Positions 1 through 64,000 of a stretch of DNA of 64,000 nucleotides are shown in pieces. The stretch is from Euglena gracilis (Eukaryota), in contig CP154954.1 in the NCBI GenBank assembly GCA_039621445.1, forward strand, positions 16,894,589-16,958,588, in the 5' to 3' direction. Under the pieces are notes generated by a model. That model did no database searches, was not told the DNA's origin, and saw only the letters and a program-made list of their open reading frames with translations. The position numbers and the translations under genes are program-made. Numbering within the stretch: position 1 is the stretch's first letter; the number at the start of each line of letters is the position of its first letter.

Positions 1-210
1 GGGATACCATTCCAGACCACCAATCATGCTTTTTTCAAAAAAAACCTGGGGTGCCTTGTGCTATGGGATGCCTGCCCACAGCAGGCATCCCCCCCCCAGA
101 ATCCCAATGCTTGCTGACCAAGCCAGATTTCCCTTGAAACTGGCCTTTTTGGGGCCCAGTGCCGAAGGCGGGCGGTGTGCCATCGCGCTGCCCAAGGCCT
201 ACCTCACAAC

Positions 211-676
211 CAGGGTTTGATATGAGGACAGGTGGGGGGGGGTCCGGACCCCCCTGCCGCCGCGGAGGGGGGGGGGGGGGGGGTGGGTGTGGGGGACACC
301 CCCCACCTAAACAGTGGCGCGGTCCGGGTGACCGCGCCACTGACCGAATTTCGGACCAGGGACCGAATTTCGGCCCGGCGCTTTGCGCCGGGCCGGAAAT
401 TTTTGACCCCCCCAAAACGACCCAAAGTGCCATTTTGGGCACTTTTTGGGGCCAAAATTTGCCAAAATGCAAAAAAAAATTCGGCGCAAAGCGCCGGAGG
501 AAAAAATTGACCCTTTTGGGGGGGGCCGGGTACCCCCCCCCCCAGGGTCGATCCGGACCCCCCTGGCAGGTGGGGGGGGATGGTCCGGACCCCCCCCCCG
601 CCGGCCAGGGGGGGGGGGGGGGGGGGGGGGACACCCCCCACCTAAACCATGTACGCCCTCCTTTTATCAAACCCTG
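211..676. mobile_element. hAT-like MITE family A, copy 1
   Basis: TIR cagggtttgata...tatcaaaccctg; 8-bp TSD ctcacaac on both sides. Confidence 0.95.
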
Positions 677-1021
677 CTCACAACCCCACCCCACAACCCA
701 ACCCAACCCCCCCCCGGGGGTCAAAAGTGCCCCCCCCCCCTGGCCTGCCCACATCACCCCCAGGGGGAGGGTGGTGCGAACTTCCTTTTGCCTGCCCCTG
801 ACTCCCCCCCGGGAGGGAGAAAAAGCCTACCTGCAAGGAGGGGGAAACTGTCCAGCATTCGGTTGCCAGGCATTTAAATTTTCGCAGTTTTGGATTTGTC
901 TCGTTTCCTATGCATTCTTTTGAAGTGCTGGTTTTTCGTACCTGTTTTTTATGCAGTTTGCTCCTTCTGCTGCCAGTGTTCAGGAAACCTCTCTCCCTCC
1001 TGCCAAAAACAGCCTGCCTGG

Positions 1022-43125
<42,104 letters not shown>

Positions 43126-43673
43126 ACCCCCCAAATATAAATCCCCCCCGAAATGGAGCCAGACGGTGGTGCTATTCAGGAAAGAGCAGAAAATTTTGGG
43201 GGGGATAGAGCAATTTTTTTCAACAGAAATGCTCCATTTTGGATAAAATTGCGTGTTTTTGGGGGAAGTAGGAGGTATACAACGAAAACTTAGCATAAAA
43301 CTGGTATTTGACTGCAGTTGAAGGCTGCCAACTCTGTGGAGCCCACCCAGAAGAGCTTGATTTCTCCCCCCAATTTAAAGCCCCACCCCCTCCCAATTTA
43401 AAGCAATGGGCGGGATTTCAAAACCCTGGGGGGCTAGAAATCCCGCCGACATATAAAGCCAGGGGGACTTCAAATTTGGGTGGGTTGTGTTACTGCCATG
43501 TGCTGCCAAAAGCTGATTTCTTTGCCTTAATTGGCTGAAAGGGAGAACCCCAGCAAAAAAAAAAAAGGAAGGATGCCCCAAAGAAACACAAACATGTGTC
43601 AAAAGAAAGCAAGCGAGGGTAGCAAACTGGGGCAGGAAAGGCGAGGCAGCGCTTATGGAGGGCCAATGGGCGG

Positions 43674-43772
43674 CTACTCCGGGCTGTGCGATGGCGCGGC
43701 AACGGTGTGCCGCTGCCGCAACGTTTCCGGCGCGGGGCCCAGCGGCGCGTTCGACACCGTTCCATCCGCCGA
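43674..43772 (-). CDS. possible terminal exon of CLPTM1 (SADGTVSNAPLGPAPETLRQRHTVAAPSHSPE*)
   Basis: ccccag acceptor, GC-rich coding-like segment ending in TAG, convergent with the plus-strand gene end. No conserved motif, and alternative short terminal exons exist near 48085 and 47840. Confidence 0.3.
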   Translation of the reverse strand, partial: SADGTVSNAPLGPAPETLRQRHTVAAPSHSPE

Positions 43773-43865
43773 CTGGGGAGCCGGGGGCGGGGGGACACCG
43801 TGGCCAGCCCCCCCTCCAGCTGGAGCCCCTGGTGTACCCTCCCAAGGCTGCAGTCTGGACAAAAT

Positions 43866-43971
43866 GATGGGAAACAAAAACGATGGGAAACAAAAATGAT
43901 GGGAAACAAAAACGATGGGAAACAAAAATGATCGGAAACTAAAATGATAGGAAACAAAAATGATGGGAAAC
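43866..43971. repeat. 16-bp tandem repeat GATGGGAAACAAAAAT
   Basis: about 6.5 units. Confidence 0.9.
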
Positions 43972-44054
43972 CGCCCAAATCTTCCCATTGTTTTCCCCCG
44001 TGCCCTTTCCATGCCCTTTGGGAAGTCAAATTTCACACACAAAGTCGGGGATAT

Positions 44055-47000
44055 CTTAGACGGCCGGGAATGCACTTTTCTTGTTGAGTCACAAAATTTA
44101 GGCAATTTTAGTGAAAATGCGCATCCGCGCATTTTGGACGCGGAGTGCGCAGGTGCGCATTTTGCATGAAAATGAGCTGTTTGGATTCAACACGACCACA
44201 GGGACCACCCCCTGTTTACTGGGTCAACTACGTATCATGCTGTTTACAGCTGTTTCACGACGACTGTGGTGAAGTGCGTGGATGGACATACACTCAGCAC
44301 ATTCCACACAGCATGCGGAACACGGGCGACACAGGGAAGCCTGGACCTGGGTGTGACACCTTGTGTTCACCGATATGTGCTGATGGCTTCTGGGGGCAGG
44401 GCCTGGCGAACCTGGGATGAGCATGGGAAGGAAAACCTTGCAGCCAACAGTGACACAGCCCTCCCAAGGTCAAAACAATGGGGGTGTCACTGAGTATCAG
44501 GGACGAAGAATGCGCACCTGCGCATTTTTTGGAAACCCAAAAGAATGCGCAGGTGCGCATTTTTTGGAATGGACACAGGCTGCGGGAAGCGGAAATGCGC
44601 ACATGCGCATTGATGTTGAAGGATGCACTGGGTATGGCCTGCTGTTTGCCTGCCTTGAATCCGAGCTGTGCACCGCTGTGATGTGATTTCGGGCAGGCTG
44701 GACATGGGTGTGTGAGGGGGAGATGAACCAACAGAATCACCCTGGGCAACCATGTCGCTGTACCAGACCACACCCTGAAACACCACACCTGCAGCGGCGT
44801 GGAAAACCCTGGGCTCGGCGACGGCAGGTGTCAAGGCACGAATTCATGTCCTTCAGTGACAGAGGAACTAACTCCCTGCAGTGCAAGTCACCGAACAAAT
44901 CAGAATGCGCACCTGCGCATTCCACTTCACCCGCTGCAGTCCAGTGCCCAGCCGAGTCACACTGCTCTAATGAACGTGTGGAGCAAGTCACAACGCACAT
45001 TCAACCGTCCCCCACCTGGGGGAGGTGATAGGGAGGCTGCTGCCAGCGTTGTCCGACCCCACGCCCCAGAGCGTGCATGGCAGCACACAGCCAATTGGCT
45101 CCCTGAACAATCGTATGTTGGGCTGCAGTGCACGGTGCCAGGAGCACTGTGCCCCACAATTAGGGTCAACGCAGGGGGTTGTGTCTGGTTCCACACACGG
45201 TGCTCACGGGGTTGGCACTTCGAGAGCGAAACACGCCTGTCACCACCTTCGGCATCATTCCCAAAGACGGTCTGTAAACACAGAATTAATTCACAATTCA
45301 AATGGACTCAAAGAAGCGAACACCACTGGTCGGTCCTTGCCCCAAACTGTCTCCAGGCCCTTGAGATCGTGAGACAGGCACAAGCACATCACAACAAAAA
45401 CTTACCAATAAACCCAGGAATTTTTTCCGTTCTGCTTTTTCTGTGTATTCCACCGTGTCGTACCAAAGGAAAACGGACGAGAAAGAAACTTCAGTGCCCG
45501 AGGAAATTCCTCGGTGACGGGCACCATAATTCCCAAATGCGGTCAGCAGTCCTTCATGGCATGAGTGAAAAGCCGGTGAATGCGCACATGCGCAAAAAAT
45601 TGCCCTGTGCCTTTCTTTAAATCACAGCCACACCGTCGAATATTTGCACTCCCAGGTGGGTATGCTACCACCCACGCCAACTCCCCCCGCCTGGCCTGGA
45701 TTTGAAACCACACAGCTGAAGTGTAGACCTCCCTGTGAGGATGGAATGGTGTACGAGGACGAGGCAGCCCTGGTGCGAAACACAGCAGAGGAGGACCACC
45801 ACCTGTGGCCTTGCTGGCAACAAACGTCACCCCCCACACAGAACCCTTTACTCACACAGAACCCAGAATACTCAGAGTCAACGCTCCAGCACTGCAAACT
45901 ACACAACCCCTGGCCGCTGTGAAGACCAAGGAAAGCACATGTGAACACACTTTCTCCACACACCCCATTCGCAATGGCTGCAGTCAAACATGGCAACACC
46001 GGGGTGAATGCGCACATGCGCATTCCCTTCGTGTGTCTCCCTTAAAGCACCCTGGTAGGAGGTTGCTGTACAAGGCCATGCCAAACAACTCAGCACACAA
46101 GGTGGAGGCACAGCCCAGGAGACATACACCCTACTCTGGCGGTATGCTCCTGTGCGATGAGAGGCCTCTGAAATCGCTGACAAAAAGGCCAGCAGTGCAC
46201 CATGGGGGTAGCCCTGCCTCAATGCTGTGCTGGCACTGGGTTCAGGAGCACAGCTCCCCACAACACAGAGAATGCGCACCTGCCACTCCCCCTCACGGAA
46301 TGCGCAGATGCGCACTCTTGTGGATGCCCAGCGCTGCTGCATTCCAGCATGCAGCCCAGCGCACGTGCGCATTCTTGAGCCTCATGCAACCTCGGAGAGG
46401 AGCCATGATACATCGTTTGTGAGGGCTGTTCTGGAGGGTGTAGTCTGTGGCAAAAAGGGTTGAAGTGGGGCTCCGCTCCGTAGCTTTAAAAACCAGTGAC
46501 ACACATGAGAGGACCCCCCCCTTCCATACCCAGCACCCCATCACAAACGTCAGACCTAAAACACAGGTGGTCGCACATGGTGATGTGCCGTGGTGCCTAT
46601 GAGAAGACACATGCGGAGCAGACTGCGTGCGCCGCTGGAGGGATGCTGTGCCTGCAAGAGTCAAGGAGAGGTGCAGTGCGCTGCGTGGGATGGCAAACAG
46701 CAGGCAGCCTGAGGAGGGTAACGAGCCCTCCCCTACAGACATCTGGTCTTGATTTTAACACACACACCCCACCACTCTCTGGATGCAGACTACACGACAC
46801 ACACCAAACATTCGCCAGCGCCCACTCGTGCCCTGCTCCCAACACAGGGCACAGAACCTCCTCTCCACTCAAACCGCAGAGACCACGGTACCCCCTTCCC
46901 ACAACCACCCCCGGGAGCCACAATGACCGTCCAAAACTTCAGGAAAAGGCCAGGATGGGGAGGGGGGTGAATGCGCACCTGCGCATTCACTCGGCACCAC

Positions 47001-47322
47001 AAAACAGGGGGGACAGTGACAGGTACAACGCCTTCACCTGACGAGGGTTCGTCCTCGTAAAACAGTGTTTTGTGTCGCACCTACTTCGGCAGAAAGGGGT
47101 TTTCCCTCGGTCCGCGGAGGTGCTAAACCGTCATTTTCAAAACAAAAAAAGTCGGTTTGCCCAGACAAAAACCCGGGGGTCGAAACCCCTGGTACCCATT
47201 TTGGTACCAGGGGTTTCAGCTGACGGGTCGGCCGCCCCGTCAAGTGATAGCGACACACTTGGTCACAAAAGAATGCGCAAAAAAACAACCAAAAATGAAA
47301 AGTGCATTCCCGGCCGTCTGAG
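44055..47322. mobile_element. 3.3-kb TIR element with 5-bp TSD
   Basis: 26-bp TIR cttagacggccgggaatgcacttttc (1 mismatch); TSD gatat. Confidence 0.92.
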
Positions 47323-48183
47323 GATATGACATATGGTTAATTTTGGGGTGTGCATCGTAATATAAAAAAAACTGACACCCAGAGGACCATTTTGACCATT
47401 TTGCAATTCTGAGTTTTCCTGAATCACAAGCTGGAAAAATTACCATCATTTTCCATGAAAGCTGGAATTTCTCATCGCTCATTTTTCCAAAATAAAATTT
47501 TCCTGCCATTTTTTCCGTCACCTTTTCCCGTCATTTTTGTCCGGACTGTAAGCAGCAGGAAACCTCTGATCGATTTTTTGGTCCGAAACACGCCTTCATT
47601 CCGTACACTCCCACCTGCACTCCGGCAGGACGTTTTCAATTCCCGTTGATTCCTTGCACCAGTCCGTCCTGAAACGGCGTCGGCCATTCTAACCTGTTTC
47701 CTAAGCTTTGACATCGGAGGGCTTCAAATTGCCACAAATGGGGATGAGCTGGGTGAGGCATTTGTTCGAACGGGGGGGGGGGGGATGTTCTGGTTCATGG
47801 CTGGTTCAGGGCAGGGTTCAGGCCGAAGTTGAGGCCGTCAGGCGGCCAGGATTTTGTCCCTGTCGTAGCCCAACTCCATTTCTGACAGGAACAAACAAGG
47901 GAATTGGGGTTCAGGGACAAAACCAGGGTTGGCCAGAGTAGGACCCACACCACCACATTTCACCACTGGGCCGACCGGGGGGCAAAGGTGAAACGGTGCC
48001 ATTGGTTACATAAAAAATATGTGGGCATTTCAATGCTGGGGCACCAAGGAGGAAAGCCCCCCATAGGTCATTCATTTGAGGTGTGCCGTCTGGACGCAGA
48101 CCGCGCCGGCCAAACACAAAAAAAAAACTGACTGGAAACGGCCGGGGTGTGTGAGGCGGGGGGGGGGGGGGGGGTTGGAGGCG

Positions 48184-62715
<14,532 letters not shown>

Positions 62716-64000
62716 CTGTGCAACGTAAACAGCAACAAAAATAAAACTCCATTTGACACGGGGTTCGCGCTGCACACTTTGAAACACACATTAAATTACT
62801 TTTGGGGGTTGGTGATGGATTATGAGGCTACGAACACCAGAAACTGGCGAGCAAACCTACAACCGAGAGGGTAAAGAAGGTGGGTCGAAACCTCAACATC
62901 GGCCTCAGAGCCCGCATTCTCTGAAAAGGGTACTCTCAGGCAGTCTCCTTCGCACTTCACGCGTAAAAGTGGACCTTGTGTATGCAATTGTGCAACTAAC
63001 AGGAAGAAAAAGCGGTTTTAGGGGTCGCTTTCAGGGGTTTTTGAACCTAAGTTAGTCCAAAACATCGAGTTTGTTGTGGTGGATGACTCCCAATGCGTCA
63101 ACAAAAGAAGGCTGTCAGAAACAGGGGTAGGTCTGGAAGTACAAAAAAAATGTTTTGTGGTGGTTGGTTTGAATGCTGACCTTCAAATTTGTGATCACTG
63201 CTGGCACGACGCGCCTTCTGTTGCCGAAGATGTGGACCGGTTTTTCTGCCCCCTTTTCCAGAATGGGTTTTATGTGTCCAAGACAGCCTTCAATAAGCAT
63301 GTTTCATGTTTTGGTACGGCCTACGCCCCCATACAGCATTTGAACAACAATTAGATTGTTCCAGCAGGTGATGGAAGGACGTCAGAATTACCAGGGGTTT
63401 TTTGCACAAAAAGGTGTATTGGTTCACCAAAATATGTGGTCGCTTTCTGTTGTTGGTCAGACATGTAAATGAGATGTTTGACGAAGTGGGTGCAACAACC
63501 CTTCTTTGTCAGGCTGCGAGACAGCGGTACTCTTTTCATCTTTGACGGACGGATGGACAATGTGTAAGATGGTATAAAATGCCTGTGATGGGAACGTCAG
63601 AACGTAGCAGTTGGTTTAATTGTGCCTGTATTTCTTTGAAGGGAAACAACTCAGAAAATGGTTCCCGATGTGGAATGCGGGAATGGGGATGCGGGGATTT
63701 CAAGCACTTGCCCTTTGCCAGACACATCGCCATTGAAAAACAGAAGCACTTCGGGAAATTGTCAAAGAGAGTGGCATGGCTGACATTCTCAACAGTTCAG
63801 CAGCATATTTCAAATTTCAGGCATCTCACTTTTTATTTACCGGCACCGCACCCCTCACTGGCCCTGCAATATAACCCCTGATTTTTGCGGACATGACGCT
63901 GCGCGCAAATTCTGCGTGCCGGCAGGACCTGTCTTGAGGCACCACAGTGAGGACAAAAAAGTTCAAAACAAAGCACGCAGCACGTGGGCAACAATGAAAA

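Noticed and set aside
35-923. Gly/Pro-rich ORFs of 240-254 aa, with similar ones at 11085-11930, 16375-17197 and 22187-22959
   Set aside because: They coincide with MITE family A G/C tracts, and frames are not conserved between copies
47037-47080. AG/GT-bounded minus-strand segment VRHKTLFYEDEPSS as a CLPTM1 exon
   Set aside because: It lies inside the 44055-47322 TIR element and has no CLPTM1 motif
62950-63900. Unique AT-richer stretch, possible decayed retroelement or transposase or further CLPTM1 exon
   Set aside because: Only short ORFs and no motif I can recognise; needs BLASTx

Overview
Eukaryotic, intron-rich and repeat-dense DNA, most consistent with a euglenid (Euglena-like) nuclear genome. 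The basis is a mixture of GT-AG, GC-AG and non-conventional stem-forming introns within one gene. The minus strand carries the central and 3' part of a CLPTM1-family membrane protein gene (12 exons traced from 62715 to about 48184; the 5' end is not traced and probably lies beyond the window, and the 3' end is unresolved). The plus strand appears to carry a convergent multi-exon gene of unknown product (about 1022-43125), inferred from phase-consistent short exons. The introns are packed with non-autonomous TIR elements: several CAG...CTG MITE families with 8-bp target-site duplications (hAT-like), two ~3 kb elements with 5-bp TSDs and palindrome arrays, and elements with 3-bp TSDs. They also hold micro- and minisatellites and G/C homopolymer tracts. 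Top hypothesis: the non-conventional intron geometry (stem starting at +4 and ending at -6) removes exactly a CAG...CTG element plus one copy of an 8-bp TSD, linking these MITEs to non-conventional splicing. The long ORFs in the supplied track are repeat artefacts. No database searches were run.
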